Below are positions 24,883-38,363 of a DNA stretch of 64,000 bases, in pieces. The notes under the pieces were generated by a model. It saw nothing but the letters and a program-made list of their open reading frames with translations. It was not told the origin of the DNA and did not search any database. The stretch covers positions 1,302,001-1,366,000 of the forward strand of contig CDLV01000011.1 in NCBI GenBank assembly GCA_001244265.2, in the 5' to 3' direction. The translations under genes and the position numbers were made by a program. The stretch's first letter is position 1, and each line of letters begins with the position of its first letter. This stretch comes from Microbotryum violaceum. Its lineage: Eukaryota.

Positions 24883-27800
24883 TTAACCAAGGGGAAGCTT
24901 GGGTCGAGATTCGGACGTCGATCGGCGTTGCAGTTGTGCGACCGAGCTTTTGGCTTCGGCTCGCCTTCGATCGGCGAGCATCAAAAACCTTCGCAGATCC
25001 GCTTCGAGTACGGGCTTGGTCAGGACGAACGATGCCCCTTGTTCGAGATATTCTTCCTGGTCGGCGCGTAGTGCGTTCGCCGTGACGCCGATGATGAGAT
25101 CCGTGCGACCTAGTAATCGCATTTTTCGGACGACTTGAAGTCCCGAAGTGACGGGCATCTGATGGGGTTTCAAGAGAAAACGTCAGCACAGGAGCAGAAT
25201 GAACCTTTAACACATACCGACGACTCACCTGATTGTCGAGGAATGTGATACCATAAGACGGCGGCATAGACAAGATAGGCGGGTTGACGTCGGTTGGCAT
25301 AATCGGCAGCGAGGATATATTTTTCATCGAGAAAGAGGAGCCGATGGTTCCCGACTCGGGCGGCGAACTATTTTCCGGACCCAGCAGCATGTCGAGCGCA
25401 ACGGCTCCATTCTCCGCCGTGCTGACGAGGCAACCAAGACGTTCGAGCATGCGGCTCATCAACTTGCGCGTGAGCATGTCATCATCGACGACGAGCACAC
25501 GCAGTGCGCCATCTGCGAACTCGAGTGCGGCCGATTTGCGCGCAGCAGCCGAGGGCATGGTCCCAACCATCACGGTACCACTTGGGGTCGCGACGGGCGA
25601 GACTGTGCGCATTACTGTACTGGAGTTCATACTTGTCGACGCATACATGGTCGGTGTCGACGGTCTGCTCGAGAACATCGTCGCCGGTGCCGAAGCCGAA
25701 GAGAGCAGGTGGCTCGGTCCCGCAGGTCTGTGAAGCTCGCCCTCCGCGGGGGTAAGAGCCGATGAGATGGAAGCCGATTTTTCTCGAGCAAAACTCGTCG
25801 AGATAGACATGGGCTGAGAGTTGTCGAGCCGACCAGTCGAGGGCGGCAGTGGTGTCGCTGGGGGAGTGTTTTCTGCGTTGTCTCGGGCGAGGGGGATGAA
25901 GGTCTTGGGCTGCGTCATCGAACTCGGAGGCGAGAAGGTATAGCTCGTCTGCTTCATCTCGATTCCGTCCTTCTCGCCAATCGATCCAAGCCCAGGTTCA
26001 CCCGGTCGGTAAGCTAGCGATGACGTGAAGCGAAGATCGGACGAGTGAGCTGAGTTGGACGGAGGTGACGGCGATGACGATGACTTCTCGAGGTGCATCC
26101 CGACCATGTGGAACCCGTCGTCGACCTCGCGGGCTTGCGGTCCAACACCAAACGGCATCTCGACCCAGAACGTCGAACCTTCGCCGACTTTGCTCTTGAC
26201 TCCAAGTCGACCGCCACTGAGCATCACGATTTGGCGCACGAGACTCAGACCCAATCTGCGGTGGCGTGCAACGAAGGCAAAAATTGGTCAGTCATATTCC
26301 CCACTCCACAAAGCGCGATACGCGTGTGCTTACCCGGTACCTTTGCCCGCCTGCTGCCTCCCAATCTCGGTCTGCACGAACGCCGAGAAGAGACTACGAT
26401 CGCCCGTCATGGCCCGCGTTTTGATTCCCACTCCAGTATCTCGAACCTCTATCCTAGCCACGAGTACCCTCTTCTGTGGTGGATCCGAGGGCGAAGTCGC
26501 GACGTTGTGCTGTTCAAGCCGGTTCGAAGACAAGGTTGTTGCTTTGCATTCATCGCCATCGACCGCCGTCGTGTCCGTGCTGGTACTGTGTTTGCGCCAG
26601 TCGGGCGAGTTACATTCTGGGTCGGGAAAGACGAGGCGAGTGACGATTGTGATCGTACCTCCGGCCGGCGTGAACTTGCAAGCGTTCGAAGCCAAGTTGT
26701 TGATCACTTGTCGCAGCTGATCCAGGGGACAAGAGATGGAATCAGGATTCGGCTGCCTAAGGCATGAACATGTCGAATACTTACCCTCATCTCGTCACCC
26801 ATCATCCAACCGTCACCTTCGGCAATTGGCTCCACATTCGCACCATCCGGATACATGGCCCGCTTTGCGACATCGTCGATGCGCAGGTCCAAAGCGGTCT
26901 CGAAGGCAAGCCCCCGAGCATGGGCATCCAGCTTCAACGGTCCAAAGATCGAGTTCATCACATCGTGGAGACTGAACGGCCGCGAGACCGAAGTGAAACC
27001 ACCCCTCTCCATGCGCGTGAAGTCGAGCGTGTCATTCAAGACTTGGCTCATGGCCGTCAGCGACGAGTCGAGGGCCTGAAATTCGACCGCGGCCTCCGAG
27101 TTGGGGTCGATGAGGCCAAGTGCTTTCCACTGCTGTACGACGAGACTGGCTGTGTTGAGCGGCACGCGAACCTCGTGGAAGATGTACCTGTCCGAAACGC
27201 GCAGGAGCAATTTGGTTAGGGAGCCGCCCTGCGTGCTGCGCCCACCAAATCGTGCAGGCACTCACGAGCTGAACCTGCGACGTGCGTCCATCTGTTTGCG
27301 CTCATTCTGCTGCGCCCGTGCTTTGCCTTGATACTGGATCTTGAGCTCCGCTCGAAGCGTATACATTCGTCGGTCGGAGAGCTCGCGCATATAGTGCAGG
27401 TATAGGACGAAACCCTGGAAGAGCAAGAGGTTGACGACGTTTCGGATGAAGGTGACGCGATGCGGAAGCAGTGTTGCGCCCACGACCACGACCCACGAGA
27501 GGGCGCCGATCAAGGCGTATAGCCTTTTCTGCCCGAGCGCGAAGAGGCCGATGACAATCTGACAACTGGGATAGTACATCGTGCCCAAAAAGTCCTTCTT
27601 GCCGCATCTTGCACGAGTGGTGTAAAACCTGTATACGCGGAAAAATCAAGCGTATGACATCAGGCCCCACTGATCAGAGGCATTGGGCTAGGTAATCGTC
27701 AAAGGCCTACCCGCAAGTGTACATGTCAATGACATTATTGGTCGCATAAATCCAAAGCGCGCAGAACGCCACCGTTTGCCAAAGCCATGGTCGCCTGCGC

Positions 27801-29067
27801 GGGACATCCAGTGCAGCCATGGGGGCGAGCGGGATGGTGAACAATGGTTGTATTCCGTAGAACGAAATCTTGTTCCACAGTGACCATGGCCTCTGGAGGA
27901 TCGCGGTGGCAAGTACCCAACTGAACACGAGGAAGCAAGAACCGAAGATATGAACCTGTGCCAGCAAAACGCACACAGTGAGCACCGAGGTGAGAGAGCC
28001 TTGGCACAAGCCTTGCAATCAGCTCACAGATTTTGCGCTCCACCATTGCTCCTTCTGAAAGCCGTCTTCGACCTTGGCGTCAACGTAAGCGGGGAAGAAG
28101 AAGCGACTGAAGCAAGACCACGCAAGAACAATGGTAAGTCCAGGGTAGCTCAGAGAAAGTCCTCGTTCGCCTCGCCGGTGTTGAACGCACCATATCATGC
28201 CCCATATGCGCCATCGTACGAAGCTCCACACGGCCGAAAAGATGCTCATATTCTCGTTCGTTGTCAGATGGTGCATCGAGCTGCCCTCACTCTGCATCGC
28301 CGTTGCGTCGCCCTTGAGATGAGTTCCTCCCGGACTGGTTCCCGACGCAGGTGGGCCTTGACCTCCCAAGCTTCTCGGTACGGCACGTCGCCAATCCTCG
28401 GGTGCACCCTGTGCTTCGACAACGACGACCTCTACCTCTTGGTCCTCCACTTCCTTGTCGTCGTCGACGCTGCCTCTTCGCTCTCGTCTCCTCGAAAGCC
28501 CCCCTTCACGGTACAAGCTGCCGTTGTCCGATGTCCCTTCGGTCGTCGGATCTCCCAGTGAATCACCTGCAAAAGTTTTGCAATACGTCCAATCGCGTCA
28601 TTCTCGGGCCAAGAAAAGGTCAAGTTGTGCCCCTCGTCCATGATAAAACAACTATCTATTCGTGCCAAATACAGTGTGCAGCGTTACCGTCGCACCCCGG
28701 GTCGCACCCCGGGTCGCACCCCGGGTCGCGCCCCGGGTCGCGGGCTAGGGACGTTCATCCCCAGACCGAATCCGACACGAGTCCTCGACGTACCTGGAGC
28801 GGAGCCATTCCCAATCCTTCTCTTGATCTGATGCGACCGAGTACAGAGTTATGCATGCGTCAGTGATGCAATCTATGCCCTACATCCCACCAAGGCAAAG
28901 GCGCTTTCGTCGTCGCTCGCGGGCTCTGCCTGGGCTCTTGCTCGACTGACCTTGCTCCATCGGACCTTAAGCCCATCCTTGGCCGAAGGCGGTTGAAATG
29001 CGACTGCGGGAGGAGGCAGCGGGTACTCGCTCTTGCCCGGCCTGGCCGTCGACAGTTGATATGGCAT
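24883..29067 (-). CDS. Membrane-bound hybrid histidine kinase (multi-TM sensor, HisKA, HATPase, receiver)
   Basis: H-box FSSYIFHEVRVPLNT; N-box INNLASNACKFT; G boxes DTGVGI and GKGTGLGL; receiver LVVDDD...FLDNQMP...IIGVTANAL...LTKPV. Several hydrophobic helices at 27.3-28.0 kb. The start is approximate. Confidence 0.9.
28689..28742. repeat. (GTCGCACCCCGG)x4.5 12-mer tandem repeat in a histidine kinase intron
   Basis: Seen directly. Confidence 0.9.
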
Positions 29068-29882
29068 CTGTGTTTGGACCCCGTAGAGTACAGGTTGAGG
29101 CGACCTGATTCCGTAGACGAATCCTTCTCCACCGATGCGTTGTATCTCCCTACGTGGGCCCACGAGCGGCGGCGGCGAGTTTCGTCAAAGGGACGACCAA
29201 GGCACGCCAAGCGCAGATCACTCGATCAACCGCGACGGAAGCAGGACTCGAGTCGACGTCAGGACAAAGTTGATGATTCCTTTCCCGGCGGGCAGCTGCA
29301 GCTAATAGTTCGATCAACGTGGCCGAGGACCAGATTGCCGACGAGAGGTTGGAGAAACAAACCGTCGGAGGTAGTGACAACGGGAGCTCTCGTTTAAAAG
29401 TCCGCCCTCTGCCGTCTCGATCAGCCGTGTTGATCGCGCGCTTGAATCTCGCGTGAGGGCGGCCGGCGGCAAGCAGAAGCGCACGCGAGCGTCGGCCGTC
29501 GGCCGGGGCCCGCCTGTGTGCCTGTGTGCGAAAAGTCAGTGGAATGCCCGAAACGGCGTCTAGCGAGCTTAAAATCACTACTACAGGACTCCCAAAGACC
29601 AACATTTGTAAAGCTTGGATTTCAGAAGAGGTGTTCAGCAGTAGATTCTGTGAAACTCAAATTTACAAACGCTCTGGAAAGGACCGTTCATCTTCCTCCC
29701 TCCTATCCTCGAACCTCTTTTTTCCTCCTCCCTCCTTCCAACCCAAAGTCGTGACCGATAAAACCCTCCACCACTGCACCCAGCGATATAATGCTGTATT
29801 CCCACGTCGGCATTTTGTCTTGTTGCATCTGCGTTAACGTCAACAAACCCCCTCTTGGGGCAAAATCTATATTTAAGAAATT

Positions 29883-30163
29883 CGAGCGTGTGTGGCGTGT
29901 GGCGAGTTTGGGGACACCAGTTAGGCCCTCGCCCCAAAGCGAGGGCCTAGGCGTCGTGTCGTGACTCCTCCCGGGTTGTCGGCCCCCGAGACAACCGGTC
30001 TTTACGCGTCTCTACTCCGTCGGAGTCCTACGCCCGTCGACCCGGTGTCCATTCGGGCAGGCTCTCGGCGATCTCGACCGATTTTGGCGCGGGCTCATCG
30101 CTTTGAGGACCAGTGGCTGCCGGGTTTTGTCACCCCAACTCATCCTGCTGGACCAGGCGCTCG
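29883..30163. ncRNA. Candidate structured non-coding RNA, family unidentified
   Basis: Several nested complementary helices in a non-coding intergenic island (see findings). Confidence 0.4.
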
Positions 30164-30543
30164 CCCGTGCCTAATAGGACTTTCCAAAGTCATTCTTTTG
30201 ACATGCTAGGTAGATACCACGTCATGCTGCTCACGTCATGTTGGCTATGGTGAACAGCTCAATCTTATCGCGGCCAAAGTTACATCTTCTTAAAAAATTG
30301 CACACAAAACGCCTCCATCAAATGAGGTTCTCGGACCCGCGACGATCTTTTTTCCCCCCTCCCAAGCTCGCAACGACCTCGAATCACGCAGCGAGGTGAG
30401 CGCACAACGCCCCCGAGCCCTAGCACCTACCGTAACCGAGAATTTACAATCATGAAAGAAGCCTACACCAAAATAGGAGGCGCAAACAACAATCACGCCC
30501 CGCGTGGATCCTCGGCGAATTCCAGAAGATTACCACGCCACAT

Positions 30544-33500
30544 TCAAACCTCTTCACTCCTCTCCGTTCTCCCACCAAGTAAAGGCACATTATCCATCAA
30601 CCCGCCACCCGTCTTGATGGGGGGGAGAGTAGAGCCTAATTTGAGTATTCCATTTGACGTTGAGGTCGTAGTTGGGGGGTTGGAAGTTGAGCCCGTCGAA
30701 TGGGATAGATTGGCTGACGAGGCGCCGGTGGAGGACTTGAGTCCTTCGGCTGTGGTTGGTGTTGTGGGGGTCCCTTCTCCTGTTCGGGGGATACGGCCAC
30801 AGAACCTGGAAAATATCGAATTAGTGATGAGCATGATCAGCATAACGCGCTTTGAGCGGTAGGAGAAAACGCTCACCAGCTCGGAATCTTCGCGTATCAA
30901 GTTGCGTGGCAGGACAAGTGTTACACGGACGTAAGCCGTCAGCTCTTGTCCTCGAAACGCTCTGTACAGCATGTACTTTAGTTCAGACTCACCCATCCAC
31001 GATGTCCATCCTCTCGAATCGCATACGACCCTGTCAGGAAGATAAGTCCGAAAACGTAAGCTCACACTCCACCACCCTCCCAAAGTCATTCAACTGTTTA
31101 TCAAACTGACAGTGATTGTACCTCTTCAAAATTCTCAACTGTTGCCCCTTCTTGATATCCAACTCATCACTCCTCGTCTTCGCAAAATCCGACAAAGCAA
31201 TATTCGGCGTCGAAACGGAGACGACGTATTGAGGTTCGATAGGGACCTTCGCGGCTGTACTAGGGAGGGAGGAAGCCGAGGAGGCAAGGATCGATGGATC
31301 GGCGAGGGATAAGGGAGGGACGGTCGTTTCGAGGAGACAACCGGCGGGTACCCATGCGGATTTGCGGGGGACGGGGGAGTCGAGTGATGAGGACGAGGGG
31401 CCGAGATCCCGGTATACGACCCACCATCCTTTGGTTTTGGAGATAATGATGAAGGCTGTGAGACAGGAATACGAGTTCAGGCCAGTCCAAACTCGTCACG
31501 AATTACGCGGGTCCGGGGCCAATGACTCACTGTCGCCGACCGAAACATCAAATTCGTCCCTGGTGAAAAGATGGCGTGTAGAAAGGTCAGCCTCGAACCC
31601 GTCAAACATACCGCCACACCAACTCACTCTCGTTCGGCCAAATAAGGGTAGATAGCAATACAATACCCTGGCACCTCTCTCGGCGAAATAGGCGGTTTCA
31701 TATCCTCCTCCACGCCCAAACCCTGCTTGCCCGCCTCCTTCCCGACAGGCAACAACACAGGTGGATGATGCAACCTCGTCGGTCGCGCACTCACACCATC
31801 CCGATTCATCGTCGGGACTTTGTCGACTCCGTTTCCAATTCCGGGAGCGCGTTTCTCTTTTTTGGCGGCGTGCTTAGCTGTAGCGAATGCGATGGGGGAT
31901 TTGATGTCCTTGATGTGGCGGAGCATGAAGACGGGGTTGTTGTTCGATTCTTTGAGTTTCTGGAAAAGAATCAAGGGTTTCTCATCGTAGGCCAAACATC
32001 GCTCTATCGGTGGGGCACATCGTAAATGGAACCAGAGTGAGCAAAGATCGCGTCCGATACATAAGCATCGAAACCACTCACCTGTATTGCCGTAACAAAT
32101 GAACAGCGCGTATTGTTTCCAGTCGTCGTTGATCTTGTACTTTTTCAACGCAGCGGGCAAGACTTTGTAACAAGGGTCCTCCAGCGTGACTCGGAAGCTT
32201 CGATAAGCATCATCAGCCGACGAGGACGCAGTACCGCTTGCAACACTGGTGGTGGTCATCGCCGAAGGAGAGGAGACGGGTTTGCTACTCGAGTCGGCCG
32301 AGCGATCCCAGCCGGTACGGTCACGGTCACGGTCGCGGTCACGGTCACGGTCACGGTCACGGTCACGATCGCTGGCTTGACGGCTCGGGACGGCCAAAGA
32401 GGAGGTCGTCGATGAACTCAGATCTTGAGGATGAGAATGGTTTGGGTTGGTCGACGAGTTCAAGTGATGATTGAATGGATGCGAATCACCGGGGCCGCCG
32501 GGGTGGTCGTTCGTGACGTGAGTGAAGGAAGTTGTCGGGGTCACGGCCGTAGCGGGAAGCGAGACGGATTGATATTCGTGGGGCGAGAGGTGGTGTTGAG
32601 GTGAAAGATCGCCTACACTTGAGGCGCCGGAAGGGTACAGAGACCCGTCCGAGACGAGGAGACGAGGCGAGTCCATGGGCGAGCGGGGAGAGTCGGGCAA
32701 GGCGCTGTGAGAGAGCACTCCGGCCGTCGTTGATGGGCGTACCGACGTCGAATTTGCCCTGGGCAAGGTCGACTGGTTCGAGAGTGGGTGAGGGAATAGG
32801 CCTGATGTCGGGGACCGTACGGTCGGTCGAGGAGCCTGCAACGAGAGCAATGCGAGGTCAGAGTGTGTTAGTCCCTTGTATCATCATCTGCGGGCTGTAT
32901 TCAACACCGTACCTTGGTGGACAAACGCAATAGCGTATCATCCCGCATTGTCTGTAGCGTGTCATACAATCGTTGCACTTCCATCTCGAGGTTCCGAATT
33001 CGTTGATCTGATACGACCCATGACGAGACAGTCCGAGATCAGGATGGGTGGCCAAACGGAAGGGAATGAGGGGCTCCCCACGTACCCCTTTCGCCGAGTA
33101 GATCGACAACCTGTTGCGTCGAGGCTGCTACACCAAGCTGACCATCCATCATTGCCGATTCCATGTCCTCGGCTGGGGCAATTCAAGAGACGGGGAGAAG
33201 AACGGCGAACCGAGGTTGGGTGGGGGTGGGGTGAGGCCGAATTCGAGTTCGAAATGCATGGTCACGTCAGCAAGCGAAGTGGAGTGGTACCGATTCAAAG
33301 AACCTTCAAAACGCACAAGGAGGAACATAATGCCCCGCTTCGATGGGGATGTTTTGCTGCACCTTGAGGGTATAGACGCTCCTGAGGATCGCCAACCGTT
33401 GTCCGACCGAATGGATGCCGACGTCCTTGAGCGCCTCGTGGTCGAGGTGTACGAGGATCTCGCCCGTGATGGCATGTTCTGTGGGAGCAAAACTTGCACT

Positions 33501-33767
33501 CAGTCAGGATCACATCGTGAAGCGAAGCGGGCTTTCCGTGGCGCTGGTGTATCTGTGACCACCCCGCCCTGGCCTCCTGTCCGGGTGTCTCCTGAATAGG
33601 CAGCGCGTGGTGAACTGACGATTGAGCTGCTCCTGATAGAACGGAAACCCAAGCGAGGCGAACAAGTCGGCCACACCAGATTCATCGAGTTCGATCAAGG
33701 GGCATTGGGGTGATCGAGGTGCGAAGGTGGTCGCCGTGGGCGTAGGACTGGGGCTCGTCTTGTCCAT
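30544..33767 (-). CDS. STE50: MAPK adaptor Ste50/Ubc2 (SAM, Ras-association and SH3 domains), multi-exon
   Basis: SAM: DESGVADLFASLGFPFYQEQL. RA: SFRVTLEDPCYKVLPAALKKYKINDDWKQYALFICYG..ERCLAYDEKPLILFQKLKE...PVFMLR. SH3: CIAIYPYLAERE. Confidence 0.9.
32317..32370. repeat. (CACGGT)n hexamer repeat encoding poly-Asp-Arg in Ste50
   Basis: Seen directly; translates as DRDRDRDR. Confidence 0.9.
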
Positions 33768-34206
33768 TGTCGTTGGCTGGCGCTCAGTCGGCGGTCGCGT
33801 AGGGAGAAGGCAGGACCGGGATCGGATCGACGGATCAGCTGCAGTGGTGGGCCCGACTAAAAAATCGAGGGCAGAGTGAGCCGAGGGTGAGGTGTGGGTC
33901 AAAAATATCACACTCGGGCCCCTGGTGGAGAGGTGTCTACACCCCCAAAGGTGGTCTGAGGCTCGGGTTTCAGGACGGTAGGTGGTCGGCCACAATCCAA
34001 AGAGGAGCAGCTGCCAGCCGCGGCCACCCACGCGCACTATTACTGACAGCGCCAGACAGCGCCAGACGCTGCCAGACGCGCGCCTGCTTGAGCCGTCCGC
34101 TGCAGTCCCGTGCGCTGGGCCAAGGCTGGGCCCGGTACGTACCATTCGCGCTCGTTCGACTCTTCACACCCACCCGCGTCATTCACCCAGCCGCACATCC
34201 TTCGCC

Positions 34207-35227
34207 ATGAAGTTGGTCAGGTAAGCTCTCGGAATTCACTACTTGGACTTTTGTCTCCGTCGAAGCGATGGACGCGCAAGTTGCGCTCGTGTGACACCTC
34301 GATCGACACCGACTCGTATACCGTGATAGACTGGACACGGAGGCAGAGATTATACGAGTCATGTCACGACTACCTCGGTTCGAGCATGCTTTCCCTGATC
34401 TGGCCGTGTACCGGATCATCTGTTTGGGACCTCGACCTGCATTCGACCGCGACTCCCAAGTCGATTCACATCCACCTCCGCTCGCTCAGACCACCGACAC
34501 GGCGTGAACCCCATGCATATCGGACCTGACTGACATCTTTCGCATCTATTCACAGATTCCTTGTAAGCTCAAGTACTGTCACCATCTCCTACATGGATCC
34601 GACGACTTCCATCGCTCGGTGCCCCCTCAGGTCGCACCCACCTCGGCATCTAACTCTACCAGAGCAGGCAGCCGGAGGGCATGTGTGCTAATCTGATTCA
34701 ATTTGAAACTCGATCAGATGAAGCTCAACAATGAGACGGTGACGATCGAGCTCAAGAACGGCACAGTTGTCAACGGCACCATCACCGGTGCGTTTGGGCA
34801 TGCAGCCAGCGAGCACACTATGCAACATCCGCAACCCTCATACTTCATCAACTCTGAAAATAATTTGCAGGTGTCGACCTCTCGATGAACACGCACTTGA
34901 AGGCGGTCAAGATGACCGTACGCAATCGGGAACCCCAATCGCTCGACTCGTTAGCGATCCGAGGCAACAACGTGCGCTACTTCATCCTCCCCGACTCGTT
35001 ACCGTTGGACACGCTCTTGATTGACGACGCACCGAAACCAAAGAAGCGAAAGGATGTACGTGCTTTCAGCGTTGAAAGCGAGAGTCTGCGTGCAACTTCG
35101 ATTTGCTGACTTGGGCTCGCTTTTCGATTTTCAGGGTGGCTCCGGAGCTGGTCGAGGACGCGTCAAGGAAGTGCTGCGAGGTGGTCGTGGCCGTGGCCGT
35201 GGCCGTGGTCGCGGTAGGGGGCTGTAG
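34207..35227 (+). CDS. SMD1: Small nuclear ribonucleoprotein Sm D1
   Basis: Spliced [23 protein letters not shown]...[11 protein letters not shown]...[21 protein letters not shown] with a GR-repeat tail. Includes a 7-nt micro-exon at 34556-34562. Confidence 0.95.
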
Positions 35228-35950
35228 GGGGTCGACATTTGGGAAGAAGCGGCGCTTTAAGAGGATCTGGACCGAAAACAATGATAGCGGGTTTGCTGTG
35301 ACCCGAGCCTTCATCTACAGTCGAAGCGTATCCTTTCTGTCTTCGAAATTGTATAATCACATCAATGAGGTTGAGAGACTTAGCTTGGTTACTTTTCCTG
35401 CTGCGAGGGCAGGCGCACTAGAATTAGGGGGTCGTCAAGGTTTACTCGTTCATCTTTTTCCTAAACGCTGAGGCCAAGATTCGGCCCGAGACACGGACGC
35501 CGGCCTTGTCCCGTAGAATTTAGCTGGCGAGAACAGATGGGCCACTCGGTAGAGACACCATCTTGCGAAGGAAATGTACATTTCGGTGCACTTGAGTGTG
35601 CAAAGCGTGATCAGTGAGAGCGCTCAGGAGGCTGCCCGACCCGCGTCTCTTGAGGAATCCGGGCTTGGCCTCGCTCTAACTCTTGACCACCACCACCCCC
35701 ATCTCGACGAGACCCGTGTTCGCCGGCTGTTTGCTGTTCTCTTTCCTCTCTCTCTCTCCATACCCTATCGCCCGTGTCTTTGGACTTGAGGGGCTCTCGA
35801 TTCGTATCAGTGCTACATCAGCAGATTGCAGCTCATCCTCCAAGTTACATCCCATCGCCGACACCACGACGCGATCGAGACGCCACACCGATTAGTTAGC
35901 TCAGCCTCACCTCGACTCACCCACACTCTCTTTCCCATCGCCGTCTCATC

Positions 35951-38363
35951 ATGTCGGACGAAGAAGCCTCGATGAGCGAGTTGTCCGATAACTACTCGGA
36001 TGCGGCCGATGACTTTGATGAGGACATGGAGCAAGGTCAGTTAGTGGTACTGTAGCTGCACATGGGATGGATCTTTGCCGTGTTCTCGTGCTCTCGCTCG
36101 TTCCCCTTCCCCTGACCGCCGGCGCCGCCTCACTTCCTGCCGCTCTGGGCCGTGTCGGTCGGTGTGTCGCGCGCGGCCCCGCCGGCCCACGCCCACATGA
36201 TGATGACGCGCCTCGACATCGCCTCCACCAGAGACACCGGGCTGGGCCAGCCAAGCCACTGCCACGTATCACCGCCGAAAGCACCGTGCACACACCCATG
36301 CTGACACTGTGATCACTGTCCACTCCCACAGACTACGACGACGATTCCGAACTGTCCGAAGGGTTCATCTCGGACTCGGGCTTCTCCCCACTCGGCGATC
36401 CGTCCTCGACCTGCTCGACCGATCGACGAGGCTCGCTCGACCCCAAAGGTAAAGGCAAGGCTCGCGCGTCCAACATTTCTTCCTTTCGTCGCGTCGGGGA
36501 GGTCGAGTTCAGGGTCCTTAGTTCGCAGGAACTCAAGGATGAACAGAGCAGGGCCGTCGATTACGTTGCGGATATGCTCAAACTCAAGGTCAGTTCCGTG
36601 TCGTTGACATCGGCGGGGAATCTGGATGACATAGCGCGAACCTAGCCCAGAGACCAGCTGTGTACGACGAGTTCATCGCTTGTTCTTTGGAATCGCTTCT
36701 TCCTGTTTTCAACAACGACCGCTTCCTCGTTCTGCCTATGATTGTGCCGAACTGACTTTTCGCGCCTCGCCCTCTTGCCACTTGTAGCCCGAGGGAGCCG
36801 CCGTTCTGTTGCGCTACTTTGCCTGGAAGAAGGAGAAGCTGCTCGAGGTGCGTGCCCTTTCAATAATTTGCTGTCGCTTCAAGTACTAACCTGTACGGCA
36901 TGCACGCTCGCGCACAGGCCTACATGGAAGACTCGGAAGGGACCCTGGCCAAAGCCGGCATTCAAGAAAGCGGTTCTCAGCCTCGCCTCAAGCGCGTGCG
37001 AGGTTTCGAATGCAGCATTTGCTACGATGACTCGAACCAGGAGACTCTCGCGCTGAGTTGCGATCATCGATGTGAGCTGCCGGTGGTTTGATAGGTCAGT
37101 ATGCCGAGAGACTGACCTGTCCAGCGCTGCCGTCTGCTCAGTTTGCAAGGCGTGCTACTTTACCTACGTCATGGCCAAGATCAACGACGAAGGCGAGAGT
37201 CGACGGATACAGTGCATGGGCAAGGATTGCAACGTCATTGTCGACGAACGGACCGTTGAACTCCTCGCCGACGACGATACGTTGGCGCGCTACCGTTCCT
37301 TGTTGAACCGCACCTACGTTGACGACAACAACCAGCTGCGATGGTGCCCCGCGCCCAACTGCGACTACGCGATCGAATGCAACGTCACGCCGCGACAACT
37401 CGACTGCGTGATCCCGACCGTCGAGTGCGCGTGCTCGCACATGTCCTGCTTCGGCTGCGGCGAAGCCGATCATCGCCCCTGTGTTTGCCCGATCGTCAAG
37501 CGCTGGCTCAAGAAGTGCGCCGACGATTCCGAAACGAGCAATTGGATCCAAGCTAACACCAAGGAATGCACAAAGTGCAATTCGACGATCGAGAAGAACG
37601 GAGGGTGCAATCATATGACGTGCAAGAGGTGTCAGTGGGAGTTTTGCTGGGTGTGCATGGGCCCGTGGTCCGATCATGGCACGGCTTGGTACAATTGCGC
37701 ACGGTTCGAGGAGAAGGGTGAGAAGGGGATTGAGGATGTGCAGAGCAAGTCGAGGGCGAGTCTGAAGCGATACCTCCATGTACGTTCTCGTTGGCATCGC
37801 TCGCTTCTGTGGGAAGAGTTTTGAACTGATGTTTCGATTGGACTTTGCAGTACTACAACCGCTATGCGAACCACGAGCAATCGATCAAGCTCGAGAAAGA
37901 GTTGGCCCTCCGTACGGAAAAGAAGATGGACGAGATGCAAGAGCATTCAACCTTGTCATGGATCGAGGTCCAGTTCCTTGCCAAGGCCGTGCAGGAATTG
38001 ACAAGGGCAAGGACGATCCTTAAGTGGACGTATGCGATGACGTTCTACCTTGCGAAAAACAACCAGACGCAGATGTTTGAGGATAACCAAAAGTGAGCGC
38101 CGAATCTGAGGCTAGACTGGGCCAACGAATAAACACTTACTAGACACCTTGTCTTCTGCACATACAGTGATCTCGAACAAGCCGTCGAATCCCTTGCCGA
38201 ACTCGTTGAACGACCTTTGGAGGAAGACAAGATTGCGCAATTGCGTCAACAAACGACGGATCGCACGGTTTATGTCGCGAAGAGGTGCAAGGTCTTGTTG
38301 GAGGATACGTTGAGGGGTTACGATGAGCAGCGATGGATTTGGGCCGATCCGATCAAGCTTTGA
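35951..38363 (+). CDS. ARI1: Ariadne/HEL1-type RBR E3 ubiquitin ligase, multi-exon
   Basis: Acidic N-terminus; RING1 CSICYD; IBR RWCPAPNC; DDSETSNWIQANTKECTKC...IEKNGGCNHMTC; Ariadne domain RYLHYYNRYANHEQS...ILKWTYA. Confidence 0.92.

Noticed and set aside
29884..29904. CGCCACA x2 (minus strand) as a telomerase template
   Set aside because: Does not match the TTAGGG-type repeats expected in basidiomycetes, and no other telomerase RNA motif was seen.
30176..30186. GGAAAGTCC (minus strand) as RNase P/MRP CR-I
   Set aside because: No convincing CR-V partner or preceding P3 was found; it also forms a local GACTTT/AAAGTC hairpin.
36197..36304. Box C/D snoRNA in an ARI1 intron (ATGATGA...CTGA)
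   Set aside because: The CTGA is the branch point; there is no terminal stem or recognisable rRNA guide.
37138..37797. Long antisense ORF in ARI1 (and similar ones in SLA1, the histidine kinase and the RRM gene)
   Set aside because: Shadow ORFs typical of GC-rich coding sequence.
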